Shown here: piece by piece, positions 29,276 to 38,409 of the stretch
Position numbering within the stretch: the first letter of the stretch is position 1
Layout of the letters: each line of letters opens with the position of its first letter
Assembly (NCBI GenBank): GCA_027593235.1
Contig: JAQCIU010000004.1
Coordinates: 1 to 64,000, forward strand
Source: Chloroflexota bacterium
GTDB taxonomy: Bacteria; Chloroflexota; Dehalococcoidia; UBA2979
Reading direction: 5' to 3'
DNA length: 64,000 nucleotides
The notes under the pieces: generated by a model
The model's input: the letters and a program-made list of their open reading frames with translations, nothing else
What the model was told of the DNA's origin: nothing
Databases searched by the model: none
Made by a program: the position numbers and the translations under genes

Positions 29276-29317
29276 GACGAACGAAGAGCCCCGCCAATCG
29301 GCGGGGCTCCGTTCGTC
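29276..29317 (-). terminator. Rho-independent terminator-like hairpin
   Basis: GAGCCCCGCC-N4-GGCGGGGCTC stem with outer GACGAACG/CGTTCGTC pairing, about 30 nt after the crotonase stop. Confidence 0.75.
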
Positions 29318-29347
29318 TACCTCGGAATGCGGCTGCGCCGCTGGACG

Positions 29348-30235
29348 TTAGTCGCGGGGCGCCGCCGAGTAGTCCTGGTACGGACCGTCGCGCCACGCGA
29401 GGGCTTCCTTCAGGCCGCCCTCTCGCATCTTGTCGCTCCACTGGTAGGACTGACTCGTGAAGGTACCGGCCGCATCCAGGTCGGTGCTGGAGTGCACGGA
29501 GCTGTAGATGCCCATGTTCTCGTAGAAGCGGTTCATGTGGATCTTCAGCATCGCCAGGTGATCGGCGGGCAGGTTCGCGATCCGATCCGCGAGGGCGATC
29601 GTCTTGTCCTCGAGCTCGTCGAACTCCCAGGCGTAGTTGATCAGGCCGATCTCCTTCGCCTCCGTCCCGGAGATGTTCTCGCCGGTGTAGAACATCTCCT
29701 TCGCCTTCCGCATCCCGATAATCAGCGGAAGGATCATCGAGGTGCGGGTACCGGCGAAACGGAGGCCGGGGTGGCCGAACTTCGCGTTGGTGTCCGCGGT
29801 GACGAGGTCGGACATCATCGACAGCTCGCAGCCGCCGGCGATCGCGTAGCCGTGCACCTGGGCGATCGTGATCTTCTGGATGTTCCAGTAGTACATGTGG
29901 ATGTTGGTGATGCGCTGCATGCCCGCGCGCACGCCCTGCCAGAGCCGGCGCCCCTGGTCGTCCTGGTTCTTGAAAGCACGCACGACGGCGTCGGCGCCGG
30001 TGCCCTGCGCCGGGGTGAGGTCGTAACCGGCGCTGAACGTGCGACCGGCACCCTTGAGGATGATGACGCGGGCGCTGTCGTCCGTCTCGAGGTATTCGAG
30101 GGCGTCGCGCAGCTCGAAGAGCAGCTCTTGCGAGAGGGCGTTCATCTTCTCGGGGCGGTTGAGGATAATGCGCGCGACGCGGTCATCGGTGCCGACGCGG
30201 TCGATCAGCAGGTTGTCGAAGGTAGGCTCGGCCAT
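29348..30235 (-). CDS. Enoyl-CoA hydratase/isomerase family protein
   Basis: LNRPEKMNAL, FSAGYDL, IAQVHGYAIAGG.EL. Confidence 0.92.
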   Translation of the reverse strand: MAEPTFDNLLIDRVGTDDRVARIILNRPEKMNALSQELLFELRDALEYLETDDSARVIILKGAGRTFSAGYDLTPAQGTGADAVVRAFKNQDDQGRRLWQGVRAGMQRITNIHMYYWNIQKITIAQVHGYAIAGGCELSMMSDLVTADTNAKFGHPGLRFAGTRTSMILPLIIGMRKAKEMFYTGENISGTEAKEIGLINYAWEFDELEDKTIALADRIANLPADHLAMLKIHMNRFYENMGIYSSVHSSTDLDAAGTFTSQSYQWSDKMREGGLKEALAWRDGPYQDYSAAPRD

Positions 30236-30338
30236 GGGGGTCTCCTTGCTGTGTGGTTCGCGGCGCTAATATACCGCGCGACCCCGGACCGGCGACCTCC
30301 CCCCGGCCCGTTGGCGAGCCCGGTCGTACGCTGGCTCG

Positions 30339-30947
30339 ATGGCGATCGATGATTCGGACCGCGTCCTGGTAACCGCCGCGAAAGCAGCGTTGCGGAGTTC
30401 CGCACGTGCGCGACGTGACGCGCTCTCCGTTTCGTCGCGGGACGCGGCGACCCGCGCGATCGGCGACCGACTGGTCGCCCACGACCTCGTGGCGACGGCC
30501 CATCTGGTCCATTGTTTCATTGGGATCGGCAGCGAGGTGGGCACCGAGGAGTTGATCTGCGGTCTGCTCGCGCGTGGGCAGCGGGTCATTGCGCCGCGGG
30601 TACGGGGGCGGACCCTTGAGCACATTGAGATCTTCGACCTCGAGACGCTGGTCCCCGGTCCGCTCGGCCTCCGCGAGCCCGATCCCGCGCTGGGTGGCAC
30701 CGTCGACCTTGCCGAGGTCGACGTGATGCTGGTCCCGGGGTTGGCCTTCGACGGCGCGGGGTACCGGCTTGGCTACGGCGGCGCCTTCTACGACGGGACA
30801 CTCGCTGCCCTCGCCAGTCACGGGCGGGCGACGACGATCGGATTGGCGTTCGAAGCGCAGCTAGTGGACGAAGTTCCCCGCGAGGAGCACGATCGGCCCG
30901 TAGACCTGATCGTCACGGAATCGCGGACGATCATGACCGGGGCGTGA
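30339..30947 (+). CDS. 5-formyltetrahydrofolate cyclo-ligase
   Basis: K..LR, SEVGT, GLREP, LVPGLAFD..GYRLGYGGAFYD, HD..VD.IVTE. Confidence 0.92.
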   Translation: MAIDDSDRVLVTAAKAALRSSARARRDALSVSSRDAATRAIGDRLVAHDLVATAHLVHCFIGIGSEVGTEELICGLLARGQRVIAPRVRGRTLEHIEIFDLETLVPGPLGLREPDPALGGTVDLAEVDVMLVPGLAFDGAGYRLGYGGAFYDGTLAALASHGRATTIGLAFEAQLVDEVPREEHDRPVDLIVTESRTIMTGA

Positions 30948-31117
30948 TGAGTTTCGAACTACTGCTACTTAGCTGGTACGGCGGCGTTGCCGCAATCCTC
31001 GGCGGCCTGACGCTGCCGCTGGGCCCACTACGTCCGTGGACCTTCCGGCTCGGCGTGGCGGTGATCACCGCCGCTGCGGTGACGATGGGCATCGAGTACC
31101 TCTTCCTCCCCGACTGA
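30947..31117 (+). CDS. Small hypothetical membrane protein (56 aa)
   Basis: ATG overlaps upstream stop (TGATG); MSFELLLLSWYGGVAAILGGLTLPLGPLRPWTFRLGVAVITAAAVTMGIEYLFLPD has two hydrophobic helices. Confidence 0.6.
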   Translation: MSFELLLLSWYGGVAAILGGLTLPLGPLRPWTFRLGVAVITAAAVTMGIEYLFLPD

Positions 31118-31135
31118 CCTCCAGGGTGCTGCCGT

Positions 31136-31437
31136 CTGCCTTCGATCTACGCAATCCGTATCTTCGCGCTCGCCTCGTTCGTGCTGATCGTGATCGCGGG
31201 ACCCAGCGTGCTGTTCGTGATCAGCCGGGGCGTGCACCTCGGACGTCGCGCTGCGTTCATCACGGTGCTCGGCAACACCGGAGGTTCGTACAGCCAGGTG
31301 CTGCTGGTCGCGCTGGGCATTGGGACGCTCGTCGAGCAATCGACCGTCATCTACGGCGCGGGCTCCTGAGTCAGGGCAGCGGGGTGGTGATGATCGGCCT
31401 CGGGCTCCGGCTGGCGGTCTCCGGGCGCAAGGATTGA
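31136..31437 (+). pseudogene. LysE/RhtB family translocator remnant with internal deletion
   Basis: FALASFVLIVIAGPSVLFVISRG..GRRAA..LG N-terminus joined out of frame to SGVVMIGLGLRLA C-terminus; middle missing, no clear start codon. Confidence 0.75.
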
Positions 31438-31461
31438 CCGAGGCGTCCCACCCGAGCGGAC

Positions 31462-32163
31462 CTATTCGGCGAGGCCGCGCACCAGGAACTCTCGTGCGAG
31501 ACGCAGTCCCTCGTCAGGGGTGTCGTCGTGCCCGCCGGGGTAGACGAGCATCCGCTTGTCCTCGGAACCGAGCGCGTCGAACAGCGCGAGCCGACCGTCC
31601 CGGTCGAACAGCTCGTCGTCCCACTGCATCACCCAGAGCACGCTACTGCTGATGCCCGCTGCCGCGGCAAGCGCCGCGTCACCCGTCCCGTTCGAGGGCG
31701 CTCCGTACAGCCCGAGGACGGCGACACCGATTCGCGGCTGAGCCGCAACCAGCGGCAGCCCGTACTCCGTGCCGAGCGACAGCCCCCAGTAGCCAACGCG
31801 CTCGCCGTCCACTTCCGGCAGCGCGGTCAATGCATCGAGGGCCGCGGTCCAGTCGGTGAGCGCCATGTGGCGCCGATCCTCGTCAGGCGCCGCAGCCTCG
31901 GCTGGTGGCCGGTCGCCGTGGCCGGGTTGATCGAGGAGCGCGACCGCGAGCCGGTCACGACGCGCGAGGCGGCGAGCCACGGAGTACGGCGCGGTGTGGC
32001 GTTTGTGGAGCGTGCGCCCGTGTCCGACCAGCACCAGCGGCAGCGGGCCCTCGGCGGCCTCGGGCGTGAGCAGAACGCCGGGCGCGACGTGGTCTTCGAG
32101 GTCGAGCGCGAATCCGCGGTCGACGACGCCGTGCTCGATCGCGGGGTCCGTGGTCCAGCGCAT
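31462..32163 (-). CDS. Alpha/beta hydrolase (dienelactone hydrolase-like)
   Basis: LVLVGHG, DQPGHGDR, GYWGLSLG nucleophile elbow, DELF, PGGH. Confidence 0.85.
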   Translation of the reverse strand: MRWTTDPAIEHGVVDRGFALDLEDHVAPGVLLTPEAAEGPLPLVLVGHGRTLHKRHTAPYSVARRLARRDRLAVALLDQPGHGDRPPAEAAAPDEDRRHMALTDWTAALDALTALPEVDGERVGYWGLSLGTEYGLPLVAAQPRIGVAVLGLYGAPSNGTGDAALAAAAGISSSVLWVMQWDDELFDRDGRLALFDALGSEDKRMLVYPGGHDDTPDEGLRLAREFLVRGLAE

Positions 32164-32231
32164 GTCACCGATCCGATCCCCGAGTTCGCCTGAAGATCGT
32201 ACCCTGACGATGCGTAAGCGAGGCGGAACAC

Positions 32232-32891
32232 ATGACCACAGCCGAACCCGACGCCCGGACGACCATCACGGTGGTCAGCGACTTCATCTGACCCTGGTGT
32301 TACGTCGGCCTGGTCGAGGTCGAAAAGCTACAGCGCGAATGGGACATCGACGTCGACTGGGCGCCGTTCTTCCTCGATCCGTCGATTCCGCCGGAAGGAC
32401 GTACCCGGCAACCTCGGACGACGCCGGACACTCCGAAGTCGGCGCTCGAGGAGCGAGGCGAAAGCCTTGGCATTGAGTTCCGCCGCGGGCGGACCTACAC
32501 GCCCAACTCGATGCTCTCGCTCCAGGCCGGTGCCTTCGCCAAGGAGCACGGCACCACCGAGCAGCAGCACGAGTTCCACAAGGTGATGTTCGAGACGCAC
32601 TTCACCAGCCTGGGCAACCTCGGGGAACTGGAGACGCTGAAGAGCCTCGCGACCCAGGTCGGCCTCGATGCCGACGCGCTGGCTGAGGCGCTCACCGACG
32701 AGCGCTACCGGGCACAGGTGGAGCAGGAGATCGACTGGGCGCGGTCGGTGGGCGTCACGGGAATCCCGACGTTCATCCTCAACAACCAGTACGCGGTCGT
32801 CGGCGCCCAGCCTTACGAGGTGTTCGAGCAAGCGATGGAGCAGCTCGGTGCGAAGCGACGAACCGCCGAGGGGTCGTCGGAACCCGACTAG
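32232..32891 (+). CDS. DsbA/FrnE family thiol-disulfide oxidoreductase, predicted selenoprotein (UGA at 32289-32291)
   Basis: ATG 32232 reads ..SDFI-TGA-PWCYVG..WAPFFLDP..TPNS..GVTGIPTF..VVGAQP in one frame; TGA occupies the first Cys of CPWC. Confidence 0.9.
32305..32323 (+). promoter_or_regulatory. Bacterial SECIS-like hairpin
   Basis: TCGGCCT-GGTCG-AGGTCGA 7-bp stem (one G-U pair); G-initiated apical loop begins 20 nt after the UGA. Confidence 0.7.
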
Positions 32892-33331
32892 TACTGCCCG
32901 AGGACGGCGTCGAGCGACAGTGGTCCAGCGCCTCCGAGGGCAAGCGTGAGCGCGCCGGCGACCATCAGCACGTCCAGTTCGTAGCCCTGCACGTCGCCAC
33001 CCTGGAATGGCGCGCCAAGCTTGAATCGTTGCACGTAGGTGGCGACCAGCATGTTCGCGGCGAGCGGGATCGCGATCCAGTGCACGCCGAGCCCGACGAT
33101 CAGCAGGATCCCACCGACCAGCTCGAGGCTCGCCACGAGTCGCGCCGTCGGTTGCGGGAACGGGAATCCGAGGCTGCCGAACCAGTCGCCGGTGCCGGAG
33201 ATCCCTCGACGCCACTTGCCAAGGCCGGCATCGAGGAAGATGTAGCCCAGCACGATGCGGACGGGAACGACACCCCACTCGATCGTGTTCACGTCGAACA
33301 GCTCGCGCCACGGACTGGTCAGCAGTTCCAC
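32888..33331 (-). CDS. DoxX family membrane protein
   Basis: RIVLG.IF..G..K, ELVGGILLIVGL, GYE, GAGPLSLD. Confidence 0.9.
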   Translation of the reverse strand: MELLTSPWRELFDVNTIEWGVVPVRIVLGYIFLDAGLGKWRRGISGTGDWFGSLGFPFPQPTARLVASLELVGGILLIVGLGVHWIAIPLAANMLVATYVQRFKLGAPFQGGDVQGYELDVLMVAGALTLALGGAGPLSLDAVLGQY

Positions 33332-33414
33332 GTTGTCCTCCTCCAGGCCGGCGAGCGTGGCCGTTGCCGAGAATGGGCATCGTAGCCGCGCTCACACGCT
33401 GCGATACTCCAGCG

Positions 33415-34029
33415 ATGACTGAGCATGGGCACGCGCCGCACCCCGTCGATCCGGACGCCTTGCAGCGCTGGATCAACGACGACCTCGGGATCGAGGGCTT
33501 CCGGCGCCTGGTGCGGGACGACGGCGAGCAGATCCTGGTGTCGAAGTTCGACGAGGGCTTCGCGGCCGGGGTGCACGAGCTGATCGCGCTGATGCCGGAG
33601 CTGTTCGAGCTGCCCTCGGTGGTCGGGGCCTACGAGGCGGCCGCGGGGGACGGCGGCGCCCGCCTGGACGCCTGGCATCGAGGCATGCATGCGATGCTCC
33701 GCGAGGCCGGCGCCCGCGAGGGCATCTCCGATCTGCGACAGGCTGAGGTACGCACCGGCATCGACTCCGTTTACGCGGTGCTGAGCACGGCGCTGTGGAG
33801 CGACCCGCAGGTCGATCAGCTGTACACGCCGGGGCCGGGTGAACGGACGGCCTACCTCGATGCGCTCGCGTCACTCGAGGACGGCCGCGACATCTTCACC
33901 CGCGTCTACGGGCGCTTCGAGGGGCGGCTGGTGGTGAATCACTGCCCGGGCGCGTCGTTCGCGCGGGTGATGCTGGCGCAGGGCTGGACCGCCTGTACCG
34001 GCGAACCGCCGCCAGACGCGGCGAGCTAG
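33415..34029 (+). CDS. Hypothetical protein
   Basis: Protein-like composition filling the gap between DoxX and menE; VVNHCPG motif; family not recognised. Confidence 0.65.
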   Translation: MTEHGHAPHPVDPDALQRWINDDLGIEGFRRLVRDDGEQILVSKFDEGFAAGVHELIALMPELFELPSVVGAYEAAAGDGGARLDAWHRGMHAMLREAGAREGISDLRQAEVRTGIDSVYAVLSTALWSDPQVDQLYTPGPGERTAYLDALASLEDGRDIFTRVYGRFEGRLVVNHCPGASFARVMLAQGWTACTGEPPPDAAS

Positions 34030-35528
34030 GGCGCAGCCAGACGATCGCGGAGGTCGGCTCGCACGAGGTGACGCTGCAGCTTGCCTGACGCGGTGCGCGG
34101 CAGTGGCTCCTCGGAGAACTCGAATCGCCTCGGGAGTTTGTAACCGGCGAGCACGACTCGCAGGTGCGCCACTAGGTCATCCGCGGAGGGCGCTGCGTTC
34201 GGCCGTGGGACGACGAGTGCGGTCACCAGCGCGCCCCAGCGAGCGTCGGGGATACCGACGACAGCCGCCTCCAGCACGCCAGGATGTGTCGTGAGCGCCG
34301 CCTCCACTTCGGCGGGATACACGTTCTCGCCACCGGTCACGATCAAATCGTCGCGGCGGTCCGACACGAAGAGGTAGCCCTCGTCATCGAGGTAGCCGAG
34401 GTCTCCGGTGTGCAGCCAGCCGTCTCGCAGTACCTCGGCCGTCGCGTCGGAGCGGTTGAGGTATCCCGGCGTGACGGTCGGACCGGCGACGAGGATCTCG
34501 CCGACCTCGAGGGCGTCGGCGGCACGGCCGTCGACGGTGATCGCGAGCGTGGTGATCGGCAGCGGCTGCCCGGCCGAGCCGAGCTTGCGCAGGGCGTCGG
34601 CGTCGCTGAGCGTCGCCACTTGCGAGGCCGCCTCGGTGAGTCCGTAGGTCTGGAGGACGGGCAGCCCTCGATCGCGCGCGCGCACCAGCAGATCCTCGGG
34701 CACCGGGCCGCCACCGACGAGGACGGCGCGCACGTTCGACGGGAATGCGTCGTCGTCAATGTCGAGCATGCGGCGCAGCATCGTCGCCACAACGGAGAGG
34801 AGCGTGACGCCCTCGGAACGGAGGGCGGCGTTGACGCGCCGCTCCTCGAAGCCGGCGTGGATCACGGCGGTCGTCCCGTAGATCGCGGAACGAAGGAGGA
34901 TCGACAGCCCACCGACGTGAAAAAGAGGCATGCAGGCGAGCCAGCGGTCCTCCGGCTCAACACCGAGATTCTCCGCCGAGGCGGCCGCGCTCCAGTAGAA
35001 GTTGCCGTGCGTCAGCAACGCGCCTTTCGGCGAGCCGGTCGTCCCGGAGGTGTAGATGACGCTGTGTACGCCGGCGCCATCGAGCTCCGTCGCGGCGCGG
35101 ACAGCCTGGGCGGCGGTCCACGGACGCTCCTCGATCGACTCGATCCGCGCGGGGGTTCGAGCGGAGGCGGCCTCCGCCAGTGCGCGATGAGCGCCGTCGG
35201 CGAGGACCACACGCGCCTCGGCATCGGTCAGTTGGAAGCGGAGCTCATCCTCGGTCAGCCGGGCGTTCAGCGGGAGCAACGTCGCGCCGGAGCGTGGGAT
35301 CGCGTGCGCGAGGACGGCAAACTCAACACTCGCGGCGGCCAGCAGCGCGACACGGTCGCCGGGCGCCACGCCGAGCGCGCGCAGCCAACCGGCTGCCCTC
35401 GATACATGGTCTTCGAGGTCGGCGTAGCTCAGGCGAGCGCCGTCGGGAGCCTCGATCGCGGTGTGGGCGGGATGCGTGGCGGCGCGGAGCGCGACCCAGT
35501 CGCGGAGCACGAGTGCGGGCGCATTCAC
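34026..35528 (-). CDS. menE: o-succinylbenzoate--CoA ligase
   Basis: YTSGTTGSPKG, PLFHVGG, TYGLTE, TGDLG, GGENVYP, PRTASGK; in men operon. Confidence 0.92.
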   Translation of the reverse strand: MNAPALVLRDWVALRAATHPAHTAIEAPDGARLSYADLEDHVSRAAGWLRALGVAPGDRVALLAAASVEFAVLAHAIPRSGATLLPLNARLTEDELRFQLTDAEARVVLADGAHRALAEAASARTPARIESIEERPWTAAQAVRAATELDGAGVHSVIYTSGTTGSPKGALLTHGNFYWSAAASAENLGVEPEDRWLACMPLFHVGGLSILLRSAIYGTTAVIHAGFEERRVNAALRSEGVTLLSVVATMLRRMLDIDDDAFPSNVRAVLVGGGPVPEDLLVRARDRGLPVLQTYGLTEAASQVATLSDADALRKLGSAGQPLPITTLAITVDGRAADALEVGEILVAGPTVTPGYLNRSDATAEVLRDGWLHTGDLGYLDDEGYLFVSDRRDDLIVTGGENVYPAEVEAALTTHPGVLEAAVVGIPDARWGALVTALVVPRPNAAPSADDLVAHLRVVLAGYKLPRRFEFSEEPLPRTASGKLQRHLVRADLRDRLAAP

Positions 35529-36628
35529 GCGCGGACTGCGACCTCGGTCCACGGCCCGGTGGCAACCGCCTCGAGCGCGTCGACGTCCGGCGCGATCCCC
35601 AGTCCCGGTTCGGACGGTAGTGCCAGCCGGCCGGCGCGCGCGATCAGCGTGGTCGCGGTGACATCAGCTCCGAGGTGGGCGCCAGTACCGAGGCCCTGCG
35701 CCGCGTCGGTGGGCAGCGCCGCCGCGAGGTGCAACGACGCGGCAATGCCGATCGATGAATCGAAGGTGGTGGTGGCGAACGCCCCGATCGACCGCTCGGC
35801 GGCGCGTTCGGCGAGGGCGATCGAGGGCGTGATCCCGCCGAGGAACATCGGCTTCAGGACGATGAAGTCGGCAGCGCGCAGTTCCAGCACACGCTCGAAG
35901 CCCTCGGGGGTGTCGACAGACTCGTCAGCGGCGATGCGCATCGGGGCGCGCTGGCGGATCCGCGCTAGCGCCTCGATGTCGTGCGGAGCAGTTGGCTGCT
36001 CGAGCAACTCGATGCGGTACGGATAGAGCGCGTCGAACGCACGGAGCGTCTCGCGCTCTTCCCAGGCGCCGTTTGCATCGAGCCGGATCGTGGCCTCGGG
36101 ACAGGCGTCTCGCAGCGCGGCAACGCGCTGGACATCCTCGGCGAGCGAGGCAAGCCCAACCTTCAGTTTGAGGACGGCGTAGCCGGCCTCCATCGCCTCG
36201 CGGCCGTAGAGGGCAACCTCGTCGGGCGGACCGCCACCGATCACCGCGTTGACGTGCACCCAGGGGGCGGGTTCCTTGGAGAACAGCCCCGCAATCGGGA
36301 CGCCAGCGGCGTCCGCGCGCAGATCGAGCATCGCGACGTCGAGGGCGCAGCGCAATGCGGCAGTGCCCGGGCCATCGCCGAGCAGATCGGGGTTCGCGAC
36401 CAGCGCGGCGCCGTGGGCGGCCAGCAGCTCGAGGACGTGCGCAGCCGTACCGCCGTCGTTCCCGATCATCGGTGACGCCTCGCCGGTACCGAAGCGGCCG
36501 TCGCCATCCTCGATCTGGACCAGCACGCCCTCGCGATGATCGAGCACACCGCTGGCGGCCTGGAAGCGGGCGCTCATCGGGAGTTGGAACGGACGCCAGC
36601 GAAGCGAACGCGGCTGCACTTCGGTCAT
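35525..36628 (-). CDS. menC: o-succinylbenzoate synthase
   Basis: Enolase superfamily: KLKVG, RLDANG.W, EQP, ADES, VLKP; in men operon. Confidence 0.88.
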   Translation of the reverse strand: MTEVQPRSLRWRPFQLPMSARFQAASGVLDHREGVLVQIEDGDGRFGTGEASPMIGNDGGTAAHVLELLAAHGAALVANPDLLGDGPGTAALRCALDVAMLDLRADAAGVPIAGLFSKEPAPWVHVNAVIGGGPPDEVALYGREAMEAGYAVLKLKVGLASLAEDVQRVAALRDACPEATIRLDANGAWEERETLRAFDALYPYRIELLEQPTAPHDIEALARIRQRAPMRIAADESVDTPEGFERVLELRAADFIVLKPMFLGGITPSIALAERAAERSIGAFATTTFDSSIGIAASLHLAAALPTDAAQGLGTGAHLGADVTATTLIARAGRLALPSEPGLGIAPDVDALEAVATGPWTEVAVRA

Positions 36629-37530
36629 CGACTCAGTCCGATCGCCAGCAAGATCGCGAAGATGAAGTGAAGACGCGCCGTCGCACGGAGCGCCGCGTTC
36701 AGCGGGGGACCCTCGACGCGGGTCAATACCGCGACGATCGGGCTTACCGCCGCCGGGATGCTGAGCCACGAGAGCAGCGTCCAACCCGAGAACGAACCAA
36801 CGAGGAAGAGCGCCGCCGCCGAGACGTACGCGCCCGCCATGAACAGCACGTACTGGTAGCGGGCCAGCCGCCGGCCGAGGTAGACGGCGAGGGTGAACTT
36901 CCGTGCGGCGCGATCCGTATCGATGTCGCGGACGTTGTTGACGACGAGGATCGCGGTCACCGTCAGCCCAACCGGAACGGAGGCGGCCAGCACCGCGCGG
37001 GTGACCTCGCCGGCCTGCACGTAGTACGTGCCGGAGACGGCGACGAGACCGAAGAAGATGAAGACGAACAGCTCACCCAGGCCGCGATAGCCGAATGGCC
37101 ACGGCCCACCGGTGTAAGTGACCGCCGCGAGGATTGAGGCGAGCCCGATCGCGATGATCGGCCAGCCCCCGACGTACGAGAGATAGAGACCCGCGACGCT
37201 CGCCGCGATGAACGCCACCAGCATCCCGGTCAGGACCTGGCGCTGAGTGAGCAGACCAAGCTGCGTCACCCGCGCCGGACCGATCCGATCGGCGGTGTCC
37301 GCGCCACGGCGGAAGTCGGAGAGATCGTTTGCGAAGTTCGCGCCGACCTGAAGCGCCAGCGCCCCGATCAGCGCCGCGAACGCCGGCCAGGCATCGAACA
37401 CACCGTCACGCATGGCAACGGCGGTGCCGACGGCGACCGGCGCCAGGGCGGCGGTCAGCGTGGGCGGCCGCGTGGCCATCAGCCACACGCGCGGGGATCC
37501 GGGGACGAGTGCAACGGGCTGAGACGTCAT
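36625..37530 (-). CDS. menA: 1,4-dihydroxy-2-naphthoate polyprenyltransferase
   Basis: RPPTL, NFANDLSDF..G.D, YTGGP, NNVRDIDTD. Confidence 0.93.
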   Translation of the reverse strand: MTSQPVALVPGSPRVWLMATRPPTLTAALAPVAVGTAVAMRDGVFDAWPAFAALIGALALQVGANFANDLSDFRRGADTADRIGPARVTQLGLLTQRQVLTGMLVAFIAASVAGLYLSYVGGWPIIAIGLASILAAVTYTGGPWPFGYRGLGELFVFIFFGLVAVSGTYYVQAGEVTRAVLAASVPVGLTVTAILVVNNVRDIDTDRAARKFTLAVYLGRRLARYQYVLFMAGAYVSAAALFLVGSFSGWTLLSWLSIPAAVSPIVAVLTRVEGPPLNAALRATARLHFIFAILLAIGLSR

Positions 37531-37572
37531 CGTGTTGAAACTCTACGGCAACTCGTTGCTTGCGATCTGCCC

Positions 37573-38409
37573 TCAGCGGCTCGGCGCGTCGAGGCCGAAC
37601 GTCCGCTCGATGAACGTCGCAGCCGCCGATTCGAAGGCTCCGGGGTCCTCCAGGTGTACCGCGTGGCCCGCGCCGGCGATGACGCAGCGCTCAGCGTTCG
37701 GCATCGCGGCGGCAAGGCCGACGCCAGTCGCGGTGAACTTTTCGTCGAGGGCGCCAGTCAGCAGCAGCGTCGGCGCCTCGATCGTGTCGAGGCGCTCGTG
37801 AATCGGCTCCTGTGCGCCCGTGCCCATCCCACGGAGGCTGTTGGCGAGCCCGATCGTGGTATTCGTCATCCGTTGCGCGCGGAGCGCCGCGACTGTCTCC
37901 GGCGAGAGTCCGTCCTGGGTATTCCACAGTGGGATCGACTCCCAGTAATCGACGAACGGCTCGAGGCCCTCGCGTTCGATCCGATCCGCGAGCGCCTCGT
38001 CCGAGGCGATGCGCGCCGCGCGCTCCGCCGGATCGGCAAAGCCGGCGGTCACGCCCTCGAGGACCAGCGCGGCTACAGCATCCGGACGGTGCGCGGCTAC
38101 CTGCAGCGCGGTGCGCGCGCCCATCGAGTAGCCCAGCCACGCCGCGCGCTCGTGCCCGAGCCGCCTCAGCGCCGCGACGAGGTCATCGACGCAGCGGCGC
38201 ATCTGGTAGCGGTCAACGGCGGTCGGCGAATCCGATGCGCCGTGACCAACGACGTCGATCGCAATCACCTCGAACCGTGGCGCGAGCACCGCGGTCAGCC
38301 GATCCCAGGTGGTGGTCGAGCCGGTGAAGCCGTGCACCAGCACGACGGGCGGTCCCGCGCCGGTCCGCTCGACGTTGAGCGCGAGGCCGTCGACATCGAT
38401 GCGGGCCAT
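37573..38409 (-). CDS. menH: SHCHC synthase
   Basis: HGFTGS, GYSMG.R, G.LD.KF, AGH.VH.E; follows menD. Confidence 0.9.
   Translation of the reverse strand: MARIDVDGLALNVERTGAGPPVVLVHGFTGSTTTWDRLTAVLAPRFEVIAIDVVGHGASDSPTAVDRYQMRRCVDDLVAALRRLGHERAAWLGYSMGARTALQVAAHRPDAVAALVLEGVTAGFADPAERAARIASDEALADRIEREGLEPFVDYWESIPLWNTQDGLSPETVAALRAQRMTNTTIGLANSLRGMGTGAQEPIHERLDTIEAPTLLLTGALDEKFTATGVGLAAAMPNAERCVIAGAGHAVHLEDPGAFESAAATFIERTFGLDAPSR

Noticed and set aside
9336-30235. One of the three crotonases as menB
   Set aside because: None shows MenB-specific motifs and none lies in the men operon
30236-30338. 6S RNA upstream of the 5-formyl-THF cyclo-ligase gene
   Set aside because: The gap is only about 100 nt and serves as a divergent promoter region; no long rod-like structure seen
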